In this document: piece after piece, positions 27,960-38,413 of the stretch
Position numbering within the stretch: position 1 is the first letter of the stretch
How the letters are laid out: each line of letters starts with the position of its first letter
Source of the DNA: a virus
IMG/VR virus record: IMGVR_UViG_3300020125_000159
Span: 1 to 64,000 of that record
DNA: 64,000 bases
Direction: 5' to 3' (one strand)
Position numbers and translations under genes: made by a program
Notes under the pieces: model-generated
Told to the model about the DNA's origin: nothing
What the model saw: only the letters and a program-made list of their open reading frames with translations
The model's database searches: none

Positions 27960-29233
27960 CGACTCTGGCCTATATTGTAGGTTCATATTATTTAGGTAAT
28001 ACTAATACTGCAAATACAACTACCTTCGCCACTTTAGCAGGTAATACTCTCGCTAATCAGGTTACGGAGGCTAATGTTCAAACTAGGTTCAGAGACGCTG
28101 GCAACTTCACTAATCTATTGATACGGGTTATTGCTAATACTTGTTCAGCGACTACGACTTGCACTTTAAGAGATAATTCAGTATCAGTTAACAACACTGT
28201 AAGCATACTTACAGGACAGACGTCAGGAGAATTTGAGGATACAACACCACATACTGATACTATAACAGCAGGCCATGACTATAATCTTACAGTCGTTCCT
28301 GCTGGTGGTTCGACAGGTGTTGTAACGATATCAGTAATTAGGACACTTTTTAATACAACAACAAATACAGCTACAAGATTAGTATGTAGTAATGGTAACG
28401 CAATTACTGCAGTAAGTACAACATATTACAATGTGATATCTGGAGTAAGTGGAACAACTAACACTACTGAGGCTCCAGCTAAATGCCGCCAGTTACTGGC
28501 AGGTACAATGAATAATATGATGGCGGAAGTATCTGCTAATAGCAGGACGACCACAACCACAGTAAACAGCAGACTAAATGGCGGTAACGGAGCAACGACT
28601 ATCTCAATATTAACATTGGCAACGGGAATAAAAGAAGACGTGACATTGACTAATGCCGATACAATTTCTGTAAATGATGATTATTGTACTGCTTATACTG
28701 TAGGAAATGACTCTAGTAAATCAATAACATTTAGAAACATTGCAGTAACATTCGTGTCTACTGCAGGATACACACAATGCTCAGTTGGTGATTCTATAGG
28801 CCTTGTTCCTATCGTTACAGTAGCCAGATTTATACCAATATCTGGACGATATTATAACTCTGGTACAACCGAGTCACAAGTTCAAATGAAAGCAGGAGAA
28901 ACTAAAAAGTTTACTAATTTAACCATAGTTTTATCTGCACAGTCAGGTACAGGAACTGTAAACTTTAGAAAGAATGCTGGTAATGGTGTCCAAACTGTTT
29001 CAGTAACAGGTACAGGTGCATTCACAGATACGACTAACGTCGATTATGTAATATCTACAGACGAAGTTAATTATGCCTTTAGTGCTGGTGCCACTACAGG
29101 TAATACAGTTAACTCTTTGTCTTCCTGGGCCTTTGGCAAGGCCTTCGGCCTTGCAGAAACCACCACGATATCAGAGGTAATACCGAAAAGAAAAATAGGT
29201 AGACTATCAAAGCCAGTGTTTACCCATACTTAG
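27956..29233 (+). CDS. Thr-rich virion protein with three internal beta-domain repeats
   Basis: TEA..Q...AG.F.NL...R.N.GNG..T repeated three times. Confidence 0.7.
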   Translation: MTTLAYIVGSYYLGNTNTANTTTFATLAGNTLANQVTEANVQTRFRDAGNFTNLLIRVIANTCSATTTCTLRDNSVSVNNTVSILTGQTSGEFEDTTPHTDTITAGHDYNLTVVPAGGSTGVVTISVIRTLFNTTTNTATRLVCSNGNAITAVSTTYYNVISGVSGTTNTTEAPAKCRQLLAGTMNNMMAEVSANSRTTTTTVNSRLNGGNGATTISILTLATGIKEDVTLTNADTISVNDDYCTAYTVGNDSSKSITFRNIAVTFVSTAGYTQCSVGDSIGLVPIVTVARFIPISGRYYNSGTTESQVQMKAGETKKFTNLTIVLSAQSGTGTVNFRKNAGNGVQTVSVTGTGAFTDTTNVDYVISTDEVNYAFSAGATTGNTVNSLSSWAFGKAFGLAETTTISEVIPKRKIGRLSKPVFTHT

Positions 29234-29277
29234 TTGTTTAGTTCTTTACTTTAGTCTTTAAGTAAAGATATAGTGAT

Positions 29278-29757
29278 TTGGGCGAATTTGTAACTACAGT
29301 TAATGCTACTAGTAATAGTTCAGCAAATACTGCTGACACATTTATAGAGTTATCTGGGGTAATTTTAGGAGTTAAACGTATTAGGGTAAGGCTTGGAGAT
29401 GGCACTGCTACTGCAGGTCTAGATAATGATTATATAGTTAGTATAGCCCGAAAGACAGCTGGCGGTGCCACTGGAACTAGTGGAACGATTACAAAAATGA
29501 ATATAATGGGTGCTGCTTCTGGCGCTACGGTTAACGTTAAGAACGGTACTGGTGCTTTCACAACAGCCACACAACAAGCAGTATTAGACTCGGCAGTGAT
29601 AAATGGGCGTGCAATTTTTGAATGGGTAGCTAGAGACGAAGACGATATAATAAGAAATCATTTCACAACTGGTAGTGGGGGAATTATAGCAGTAAATATA
29701 GCGAGTTCAGTAGTATCACAAAAGTTTCAAGTATCGGTTTTCTGGATCGAATACTAG
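29278..29757 (+). CDS. Virion structural protein
   Basis: Gly/Thr/Ala-rich beta protein with late motif upstream. Confidence 0.6.
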   Translation: MGEFVTTVNATSNSSANTADTFIELSGVILGVKRIRVRLGDGTATAGLDNDYIVSIARKTAGGATGTSGTITKMNIMGAASGATVNVKNGTGAFTTATQQAVLDSAVINGRAIFEWVARDEDDIIRNHFTTGSGGIIAVNIASSVVSQKFQVSVFWIEY

Positions 29758-29769
29758 TGATAAAGTAAT

Positions 29770-30426
29770 GTGGCTTTACCTCTTGATGCTATAGTCCCGA
29801 TATATTATTCAGCTAGTGTAAACATAGCATCAACTAACAGTCAATCGCTTCAGCCAGCGATGGCTCCCCTTCTTCTTATACAACAAGGGGCTTACTTAAA
29901 AAATATAGATAAAAGATTATTTCAGAAACTAGACACAATATTCCAAACAGTTCCAGGCACTAATGAGGTCATAGCGATATACGAGTCTTTATTACACAAA
30001 GTCATTCCCAAAATTGCGGCAGATAATGTTTCTATTGGAGCAGGGTCTATTCTGCGTAAAGCGCTTCCAAAGATAACAACAGGTAACGTCGTAATATCGG
30101 AAGCCATAAGAGTGTTGAGAAGTTTAAGTAGAGCGCTCTCAGAGACTGCCATCGTAATACAGGGTAATGTAGTAGAAACCCCTGCAAAGGTCGTTAGTGA
30201 AGTAGCAGTTGCAATATCTGATTTGATAACCATGAAAGCGATTCCTTACATAGCAGAGACGATAGGCATTTCAGACATGATTGGTGCGATCAAAGCTAGA
30301 CTTTTCTTACACTTTAACGAGCCTGCTATCACAGTATCAGATGGGGTAAACAGAGTTCTTAAGGCGGTCAGAACAATGATTGAGGGTAAATGCAGTATAT
30401 TATTTAGTGGGTTGGGGCCTGAATAA
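29770..30426 (+). CDS. Repeat-containing virion protein, short paralogue of 30426
   Basis: Shared N-terminus LP.D.IVP.YYSA.VN.ASTNSQSL. Confidence 0.65.
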   Translation: MALPLDAIVPIYYSASVNIASTNSQSLQPAMAPLLLIQQGAYLKNIDKRLFQKLDTIFQTVPGTNEVIAIYESLLHKVIPKIAADNVSIGAGSILRKALPKITTGNVVISEAIRVLRSLSRALSETAIVIQGNVVETPAKVVSEVAVAISDLITMKAIPYIAETIGISDMIGAIKARLFLHFNEPAITVSDGVNRVLKAVRTMIEGKCSILFSGLGPE

Positions 30427-33400
30427 TGACATTACCTATAGATTGTATTGTTCCAGTATATTACAGCGCGTGTGTTAACGTCGCGTCAACAAACAGTCAG
30501 TCTTTAGTTGTAAACTCCCCTCCAATTCTGCCGCCTAGACAATCAACACCCCCGCAGGTCAGAGTCGATAACGTATTTAACGCTAGTGGATTTTCTGGAC
30601 TTGCTGAAGCTGTATCAATATATGATAACCTTTTTGCTGCTAGGCAGAAAATCTCAACGATTACAGATAGTGTTTCTGTGTCGGATTCAATTAAGAGATC
30701 GATATGGAGAGGTATTTTAGAAAATATATCTCTAGGAGCTTTAGTTTTTAATGGAGCAACGAAGATAGGTACTGGTAACTATGTTCAGCTAGACAGTACA
30801 GCGCCGTTTACGAACGCACTCACTGTGGTTGCATGGGTGAAATTTATCAACGCTGATAATAGAGGATTTGGAGGGGTTATATCGTTCATAAATGGCTATT
30901 TTGGTAACAGATTACTACTAGACGAGGACGCGCAAACCATATTATTTGAGACCGCTACAGTGTCGAATGCTATAGTTGACTGTTCGTATACTCTTCCAGG
31001 CACGGTATTTTCAAACACATGGCATCATTTCGGAGTTGTTTATGACGGCTCGCAGATGCAGATTTATTTTGACGGTTCACCAGTAGGTACTCCAGTTAGT
31101 CAGTCTGGCACCCTTCTATCAGGAGGTGGAAAACCGCTTATTGGTCTAGGCTCTTCAAACGCATACTTCTTACATGGAAATGTGGCAGAGCTAGCCCTAT
31201 ATAATAGTGCATTAAGTGCGTCTGATATTTCGAATGTATATAATAACGGCGCTAACACTGTAACTACAAACCAGATTAGCTACTACAAATTCAACGAAGG
31301 TAGCGGACATATTATACATGATTCCACTGGTTCAATTAACGGACAGATAATCAATGACCAGTTATGGAGTACTGACGTACATAGTCCACTTCCGAACCCA
31401 TCAATATATCAAGGACGTTTTGGATTAGAAACTATAACTCGTCGTATATCACCATTTATAGCTGAAACCATATCTATAGTTCAACAGTTCCTTAGAAAGC
31501 CTATTCCATTCATACGCGAAAATATAGTCATTGAGGACATGCTGAATAACATATCTAAAATTATTGCCTTATTTGAGCGAGTATTAGTAGGGGATGGTAG
31601 CGGATATACATCAGGATTTAATAGCGGATTTACCAATTTTCCATCTATACTTATAAAAGTCATTCCGAAAATAACGACTGAAGTTGAGACCATATCTGCA
31701 GTTTTATCGAGAAAGGTCGTTCCTAAAATCTTATCACAAATTATAACCATTTCGGATTTATTGAAAATTACTACATTAATCAGAATGATATTCGAGACTG
31801 TTAATGTAGGAGACGGTAGTGGATTCGAAATAGATTCATTCACCAGTGCATTTATTAATATTCCGTCAATACTCATAAAAGTTATTCCAAAGATCACTAC
31901 TGAAACTATTTCAATAGCGGAAGTACAACTAAGGAAGGCTATACCCAAACTCACATCACAAACTGTTACTGTCTCAGGATTAGTCAAGGGAATCAGAGCT
32001 ATAATATTATTACAGACAGTCACAATACTAGATTCGAGAATCAGAAAGGCGTTGCCGAAAGTTACCACTCAAACAACTAATATATCAGACTCGTTACTGC
32101 GTAAACCAATACCAAAGATTACTGCAGAAATAACTTCGATATCTCAACAGTTATTACGAAAGGTCGTTCCAAAGATCGTAACCCAGACGGCGACAATAAT
32201 AGAAAGTCAATTAAGAAGAGTCATACCCAAAATAGCGTCAGAGACGACCACCATACTAGGTGTAGTGGTTGGAATTAAAGCCAAATTCTTCACTCTCTTG
32301 GAGACAGTAACTCTAGGAGCTGGAGCAGTAAGTAAGATAGCAAAGCATCTTATAGCCGAAAGCGATAGCGCAACAATATCAGAGTCGTTATTGAGGAAGG
32401 CCATTCCAAAGATTACAGCCCAGCTTACTACGATAACAGAAGGGACAATTAGACGTGTTATACCAAAGATACTTACCCAGACTGTCACAATAGTCCAAAC
32501 ACTACTAAGAAGGATTCCAATATCTCTATCAAATACTACTTCGATACTAGACGCTTTAACTAAGATAGGAATTCATTTGAGATCCATGTCAGATGCTATA
32601 ACCATATCTGAATCTAGATTAAGAAAGGCTATACCCAGTATAGTTACAGCAGCCATAACAATATCAGACTCTAGACTTAGGAAAGTTATTCCAAAGATAT
32701 CTACAAGCGTTATATCTGTATTGGATTCTCTCCTTGGACCTGGAGGACATCTTGCTAATCTAATAGGTATAGTTGCAATATCGGAACAACTTAAAGGAAT
32801 AGCAAAGCATGTTAGAGCAACTACAGATACGACTACAATATCAGAGTCATTATTAAGGAAATCATTAATGCGACTATCTGAAAGCATTGCAATAGTAGAC
32901 TCTAGACTTAGGAAGGTTATTCGACCTATCTCAACTCAGACTATTACAATATCAGACTCTAAAGTTAGAAAGTTCATACCAAAGATATCTACGCAGACTA
33001 TTACACTACTGGGCACTGTCGTTGGTCCTATAAGACGTGTAATGTCTATACTACAGACTATTACAATATCCGAGTCCAGAGTCAGAAAAGTAATACCTAG
33101 GATTGCAACTCAGACGGCGACGATATCTGACGCGATTAAGATTCCAATAATAATAAAGATCATCGAGGCGATATCGATTGTAGAGTCACGACTGCTAAAG
33201 ATATTCAGAGGAATTATTCAGACAATCACGGTATCAGATAGTGTATCAAGACAAGGACAGGTACAGTCTACTAGGACTGTAGTCTATACGTTATACAGAG
33301 ACGTGTCGAAGACCTCTGGAATGCCTAGCGGTGGTGCTGGCTTTGGTGAAATGACTCATCGCCCAATACCTATCGATCCCTATATTGTAAATTATGAGAT

Positions 33401-33434
33401 GGAGTATCGCAAACGCTGGAAAGGTGAATATTAA
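30426..33434 (+). CDS. LamG/ConA domain plus ~19-aa basic/Ile-rich repeat fibre protein
   Basis: TVVAWVK..WHHFGVVYDG..IYFDG; ISESLLRKAIPKIT repeats. Confidence 0.8.
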   Translation: MTLPIDCIVPVYYSACVNVASTNSQSLVVNSPPILPPRQSTPPQVRVDNVFNASGFSGLAEAVSIYDNLFAARQKISTITDSVSVSDSIKRSIWRGILENISLGALVFNGATKIGTGNYVQLDSTAPFTNALTVVAWVKFINADNRGFGGVISFINGYFGNRLLLDEDAQTILFETATVSNAIVDCSYTLPGTVFSNTWHHFGVVYDGSQMQIYFDGSPVGTPVSQSGTLLSGGGKPLIGLGSSNAYFLHGNVAELALYNSALSASDISNVYNNGANTVTTNQISYYKFNEGSGHIIHDSTGSINGQIINDQLWSTDVHSPLPNPSIYQGRFGLETITRRISPFIAETISIVQQFLRKPIPFIRENIVIEDMLNNISKIIALFERVLVGDGSGYTSGFNSGFTNFPSILIKVIPKITTEVETISAVLSRKVVPKILSQIITISDLLKITTLIRMIFETVNVGDGSGFEIDSFTSAFINIPSILIKVIPKITTETISIAEVQLRKAIPKLTSQTVTVSGLVKGIRAIILLQTVTILDSRIRKALPKVTTQTTNISDSLLRKPIPKITAEITSISQQLLRKVVPKIVTQTATIIESQLRRVIPKIASETTTILGVVVGIKAKFFTLLETVTLGAGAVSKIAKHLIAESDSATISESLLRKAIPKITAQLTTITEGTIRRVIPKILTQTVTIVQTLLRRIPISLSNTTSILDALTKIGIHLRSMSDAITISESRLRKAIPSIVTAAITISDSRLRKVIPKISTSVISVLDSLLGPGGHLANLIGIVAISEQLKGIAKHVRATTDTTTISESLLRKSLMRLSESIAIVDSRLRKVIRPISTQTITISDSKVRKFIPKISTQTITLLGTVVGPIRRVMSILQTITISESRVRKVIPRIATQTATISDAIKIPIIIKIIEAISIVESRLLKIFRGIIQTITVSDSVSRQGQVQSTRTVVYTLYRDVSKTSGMPSGGAGFGEMTHRPIPIDPYIVNYEMEYRKRWKGEY

Positions 33435-33472
33435 TTTAGTTGACAAATAACGAATCAAATAATCTTAATCAG

Positions 33473-33607
33473 TTGAGCGAGGAAGAGGCAGAAGAACAGG
33501 AATTTTATCAGGCACTTATCGAATGCTGGACTGACACTAACGAGCAGTTAGCACAATTTAATGAAACTTTCAAGCGATATGTTGATTTCAAAGTAGGCAC
33601 AACATGA
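33473..33607 (+). CDS. 44-aa acidic peptide
   Basis: MSEEEAEEQEFYQALIECW...; ATGA-coupled to 33604. Confidence 0.55.
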   Translation: MSEEEAEEQEFYQALIECWTDTNEQLAQFNETFKRYVDFKVGTT

Positions 33608-33957
33608 GCCATTTTCCTCCAGCCCAGGTAGTTCATAACCCAACACAATCTAAGGTAAAGAAGCAGAAGAAGATCAAGGCACCAAAAAGACCAAAGCTCG
33701 TACATGTCAGGAAGCTTAGGGTTAGGAAGCCAAAGAAGCTGAAGGTTAAGAAGCTAAGGAAACCAAAGAAGCTTAAAATTAAAAAGATTAAACTTAGAAG
33801 TGTTAGAGTCAGACATCCGAGAGTTAGGAAAGGAAGAAAACCAAGAGTCTACCATCCTAGAAAGCCGAGGAAGGCCAGAAAACCTAAAAAGGCTAAATTT
33901 GTGTATAGAGGGCCTTCAGTTGGTCAGATCTATAACGCTTTATTCCCGAATGGTTAG
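33604..33957 (+). CDS. Extremely Lys/Arg-rich protein (possible DNA-condensing core protein)
   Basis: KLRVRKPKKLKVKKLRKPKK repeats; no acidic residues. Confidence 0.7.
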   Translation: MSHFPPAQVVHNPTQSKVKKQKKIKAPKRPKLVHVRKLRVRKPKKLKVKKLRKPKKLKIKKIKLRSVRVRHPRVRKGRKPRVYHPRKPRKARKPKKAKFVYRGPSVGQIYNALFPNG

Positions 33958-36900
33958 AAGTAGAATGTACCTGCGATATCTTGTCCTGTGTAAGGCGTCC
34001 ACTGACCACTATAGCCCATAAAGACATTAACTTTACCGCCTGTTCCATAACTAGGATATTGTCCTGTAGGAGCGAACTCAATTAAAAGGCTATGGTTTCC
34101 GTCAAAGGCATCATAAGCATTGCTTGCTACAAGTATATAATTAAGTCTAGGATCAATGTCTGGTTGTTGTTTCATCCATAACATTATTCTGTCTCCCGCT
34201 TTCAAAGTGTAGCCTGTGGGAAGAGATATAAGGAATCTATAGTTGGTTGCGAATGTTGATATACTACTTGCATCAGTTTGTGGACCTGATGCTATGAGCG
34301 CCCCAGCTGAGTTAAATATAACGATTTGTAGAGTACCAACAGGATCACCAACCCTATATAACGTAAGATCCACTTCGCTTATGGTAGTACCTATCAGTTT
34401 ACTCTGGTTATCGTTAAGTATCTCACCCACCATAGCGGTAGTCCAGAATTGTCCGTATAGATAGTGCACTCCGACTCCAGCTCCCGATCCAGCTGCTCTG
34501 ACATTATAGCTAACTGTGCTGACAGGGGGAAGTGTTCCAGGTGGTGGGGTAGCTGACGTCCACGCTATACCAGACAAATCCACTGCATTGATATTAGGAA
34601 GTCCTGCATCTGACCAACTACTACCATTAGATTTATACATGGAGCTATTTGGACCGTCGTATGAATTACCACCTACAATCAATCTTCCTATTACCTGAAC
34701 GCTATTATTAATATCCCCTCCACTGTATTCAACGACTATGTATGTGTTAACTGTGTTAATGTGTGTGTTACCATAATTGAAGAAATTAAATTGTTGTGGA
34801 CCTGCTGATACAGTAGGTATGTTAGATGTACTAATACTACCGAATGAATATGTTACAAGTCCTGTAGTATTTTCCAAAAGATACACGGAGACATTACCTG
34901 TAGGATTACCATTCTTCATTAACCAAACGTCTATCTCATATATCGTCTTACCTATCAGAAGGCTTGCACCGTTTACTGGAATCTCAGCCACTTTTGTTGG
35001 GCCTCCATTATATATTGGATATCCGCCTACAGTCGCCCCACCACTACCAGGAGGGATACCACTTACATTGTATATCTGAGTAGGCTGTACTCCTGTTTGA
35101 CCTGTAGACCAAAATCCGCCTGCTATATCTGTTCCAGTAAGAGTAGCTGCAACTCCGTTTACTACATCCATAGCATTACCGTTAGCGCCATCATACAGAG
35201 AGGTAGTGTCGGTTTGCACTTGAACGTAATTATTAATGTCGCCGCCTGTAAATTCTAATGTGACTATATCACCTACTGCTAATGTATAATTAGACAATGA
35301 AGGGGTCTTGAAAGATACAGATTGATATGCGCTACTTAGAACATTAGCGTTTATTGTTCCATACGTAGCTACAATGCTGTCGTCAACTCCTCTTCTAATG
35401 GTACATGTTATTGGAGCAGGGACACCAGCAATTGTTGGAAATCCAACTATTCGTAAGTTAAACATTGCTTCGGCTAGGATTTTATTATAGAGCAAAGACG
35501 AAGTGTTAATTACTTTCTGTCCTGCTCTTTGTGCTAATGTTGTAGCACCACTCATATTAATTTGGCTGGCAGTACCTGGAATTAATGGGCCTAGTTGTGT
35601 CTCACCTTTATGAGCATTAGGATCTATTCCAATATTACATCCCCCACTATCATCTACTATTACGCTATAAACGAACTTACAGACGTTGTATGCGTTTGGT
35701 CCTATTGTTACTGCTGGTGGTAAAGGTGGTGGGCCAGACGGAGGTGAAGGGGACGGGGGGCCGCCAGTAATAGAAGTATCAATTTCGCGAATTGACATCC
35801 ATTTATAATTGACCCAAGGACTAAAATCGTCCCAATAAAACGCGATTAAAGGGCCTCCCCAAATAATTATTTCATCGGGATTGCCACCGCATAAATTATC
35901 TAAAAATCCCCAACCTCCTATATCTGTAGTCGAGTTCACTTTTTTCCATGTGACTCCGTCGCCTGAGTCATTCCACCAGTGCTCCATGCGGACTCCAGTA
36001 ACTCTACCAGTATTCTTATCCACGACATTGAATAGGATAAATTTCTCTCCAACCCACCTCTTCAGTACGCTAGAAAAACTGAAAGTAGCTTTTCTGTCAT
36101 CCGCATGTGCTTCGTGGAAGTGCTCCTTTCTATGTCTGTGTTCTTCATGTCCTGGATCGCAACGTGTCTCAATTGAGTAACAAGAACCTTGACAATTACC
36201 TTGTAGATTGTGTGAACCTGTTCTGCATTTAATTCCAAAATGGAATAGACCTTTTGGTTTAACAGATTTTATACCATCTATGTTGTGGAAGACTGTTACC
36301 TCCACGTTCTTCCAGTCTTTAGGACCTTGTATAAATTGACGTGCCCTACAGGTTTTGTGATCCAAGTCCTTTCCACCTGAGGCCTGAAAGCTATAGCCAG
36401 ATAGAGTAGAAACGTAAAATAAGACATCGTCATTATTGGATAAATGAAATGACCCATCTCCGTTTACAATTTCCTTAATCGACCGAGGTATACCTAATAC
36501 TCTCGAATCTCCTTTGAGTCCATTTTGAGAGAGATACCATGATTGTCCAGCCGCTAATGATGGATATATTTCAGTCACCCCAAACTTATCTCGTGTTCCA
36601 GTAGCTACAGTTGTAGGAGGCTGTGTGTTGGCAGCGGGTGGTATGGGTGATAGATTATTAGCTGGATTAGAAGTAGGAGGTATTGTAGGAGTTGTGTTAG
36701 AAGGTGGGCTAGGGAGTATAGGGTTTTGACTAAAAACGTCTATTTCTCTACATGATGCATATTTGATATCTACATCTGTTATATTATTTAGGACAAACTT
36801 ACACAGCGGCCCACCCCAAGTAATGACTGTATTATTCGAACCACCACAAGCTGGATTACCACCACCCCAATTACCCTGATCAGTATATGACAGAGCTTTT

Positions 36901-38378
36901 GTCCATATGTTTGAATTGTTACTATCTATCCAATGCTCTGTTATTGCAGAGGCTCCATCCTGTAAATTATATACTACTGTTTTTATTCCTATCCATTTCC
37001 CAATCCATGCAGAGAGTCCAGTAGGAATAGTGGTTGTAGTTACTGGATTAGCAGCGCTTGGGGTAACGCCTGCAGTATGTTGTAAGTCTTTTAGAATGGT
37101 GCATTTGCCTGATGTTGGTGTAACTACGTGGTGATAATCAGACGCTTCGCATGATTTTGGAAATCCATTCAGTATCGTAGCATCATTTAAATTTCTTGCA
37201 CCTCTCATATGGTGACTGATACTTGGTTCTCCATTATGTGAAGACGAAGAGACAGCATTAATCCTATAATAACATGTTTGTTCTACATTGGTCCAGTCCA
37301 TCGCGTCCTGCATGAACTTTTGGGTTTTAAGAGTAGCCTGATTTAATGTGATCGAAGCCTCTGTAAATCCATTATTTGCTGCTATATGATAGGTTATATT
37401 TCCACTACCTGTTATCTTAAAGCTGCCGTCTGCATTAGTGGTACAAGTAGTGCCGTCTATAACGTGACGAGGGTCAGTATTTGGAGTTGCAGACAGGAAC
37501 CAACTACTACCTCCTATCTTATCCAGATATAGTTTTACGATTTTAAATATATCACATTGTGTCGCAGGCGGTGGTGCAGGGGTACCTGAAACTCCTGAGC
37601 TTGGCGGATTGGTAGTTGGTACTGAAGTTGGTGGTGCAGTGACAAATTGATATGTTCCATGTCCTCCAATCTGATTATTTATTGTATAATGTGCAGTACT
37701 TGGAAGTATCACGAAATATAGAATTGGGTCTGCATTTGCCTGAGGATTAGGTAAGGTTCCAGCATTAATCGCCTTAGATATAACTCCCTGTATATCTGAC
37801 GCCTGAAATGTTGTTGGCGGCGTGGTAGTATCTATAGCTGCGAAATTGAATATTGGAGTGTTGCAACCATACTCTCTAAGATTATTATAAAATGCGGTGT
37901 TAGTTAGAAGTGTCTGTACGCCTCTCTTTATTTCATCTGCTGTTCCAAGAGTAGGATTAGCTGAATTTGTAAATGTCCAGGCTGGACCCCAGAACAACAT
38001 TGCAATAGTACACTTACTAAGAAGTGTACCACCAGAATACGTAAACGTAGTATTAGCAGTATTAGTTGACGAGGCAATTCCTGGAATAACACATCCACCA
38101 CCTGCGTTTGAATAATAGCTAGTTGACCAGCAATTAACTCCTACAGTATTTGTGTAGTTGCCGACTCCCTTTGTAACCTCGCAATTATCAGCTATTTCAC
38201 AAGGCGGACTACCTGGACAGAATGTGTTTGAAATCCACCCAGGTACACCCGCATTTGCGTTAGGGTCTGTAATTGCTTCTAATATCTCATGAGAAATGTA
38301 AATCTGAACGTCTGTACCAGTGCCAGGTGTAGAATTCCACGTAGCCGCCCACGCGTAATATACACTATTACTGGTCAT
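33954..38378 (-). CDS. Large multidomain virion adhesin: HExxE domain, two ConA-like domains, C-terminal beta modules
   Basis: SHEILEAITDP; two DW.NVE...WGGP domains; Pro-rich linkers. Confidence 0.8.
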   Translation of the reverse strand: MTSNSVYYAWAATWNSTPGTGTDVQIYISHEILEAITDPNANAGVPGWISNTFCPGSPPCEIADNCEVTKGVGNYTNTVGVNCWSTSYYSNAGGGCVIPGIASSTNTANTTFTYSGGTLLSKCTIAMLFWGPAWTFTNSANPTLGTADEIKRGVQTLLTNTAFYNNLREYGCNTPIFNFAAIDTTTPPTTFQASDIQGVISKAINAGTLPNPQANADPILYFVILPSTAHYTINNQIGGHGTYQFVTAPPTSVPTTNPPSSGVSGTPAPPPATQCDIFKIVKLYLDKIGGSSWFLSATPNTDPRHVIDGTTCTTNADGSFKITGSGNITYHIAANNGFTEASITLNQATLKTQKFMQDAMDWTNVEQTCYYRINAVSSSSHNGEPSISHHMRGARNLNDATILNGFPKSCEASDYHHVVTPTSGKCTILKDLQHTAGVTPSAANPVTTTTIPTGLSAWIGKWIGIKTVVYNLQDGASAITEHWIDSNNSNIWTKALSYTDQGNWGGGNPACGGSNNTVITWGGPLCKFVLNNITDVDIKYASCREIDVFSQNPILPSPPSNTTPTIPPTSNPANNLSPIPPAANTQPPTTVATGTRDKFGVTEIYPSLAAGQSWYLSQNGLKGDSRVLGIPRSIKEIVNGDGSFHLSNNDDVLFYVSTLSGYSFQASGGKDLDHKTCRARQFIQGPKDWKNVEVTVFHNIDGIKSVKPKGLFHFGIKCRTGSHNLQGNCQGSCYSIETRCDPGHEEHRHRKEHFHEAHADDRKATFSFSSVLKRWVGEKFILFNVVDKNTGRVTGVRMEHWWNDSGDGVTWKKVNSTTDIGGWGFLDNLCGGNPDEIIIWGGPLIAFYWDDFSPWVNYKWMSIREIDTSITGGPPSPSPPSGPPPLPPAVTIGPNAYNVCKFVYSVIVDDSGGCNIGIDPNAHKGETQLGPLIPGTASQINMSGATTLAQRAGQKVINTSSLLYNKILAEAMFNLRIVGFPTIAGVPAPITCTIRRGVDDSIVATYGTINANVLSSAYQSVSFKTPSLSNYTLAVGDIVTLEFTGGDINNYVQVQTDTTSLYDGANGNAMDVVNGVAATLTGTDIAGGFWSTGQTGVQPTQIYNVSGIPPGSGGATVGGYPIYNGGPTKVAEIPVNGASLLIGKTIYEIDVWLMKNGNPTGNVSVYLLENTTGLVTYSFGSISTSNIPTVSAGPQQFNFFNYGNTHINTVNTYIVVEYSGGDINNSVQVIGRLIVGGNSYDGPNSSMYKSNGSSWSDAGLPNINAVDLSGIAWTSATPPPGTLPPVSTVSYNVRAAGSGAGVGVHYLYGQFWTTAMVGEILNDNQSKLIGTTISEVDLTLYRVGDPVGTLQIVIFNSAGALIASGPQTDASSISTFATNYRFLISLPTGYTLKAGDRIMLWMKQQPDIDPRLNYILVASNAYDAFDGNHSLLIEFAPTGQYPSYGTGGKVNVFMGYSGQWTPYTGQDIAGTFYF

Positions 38379-38413
38379 TAATTAAATAAAAAGTTAAAAA
38401 GATAAAGAGAGAA

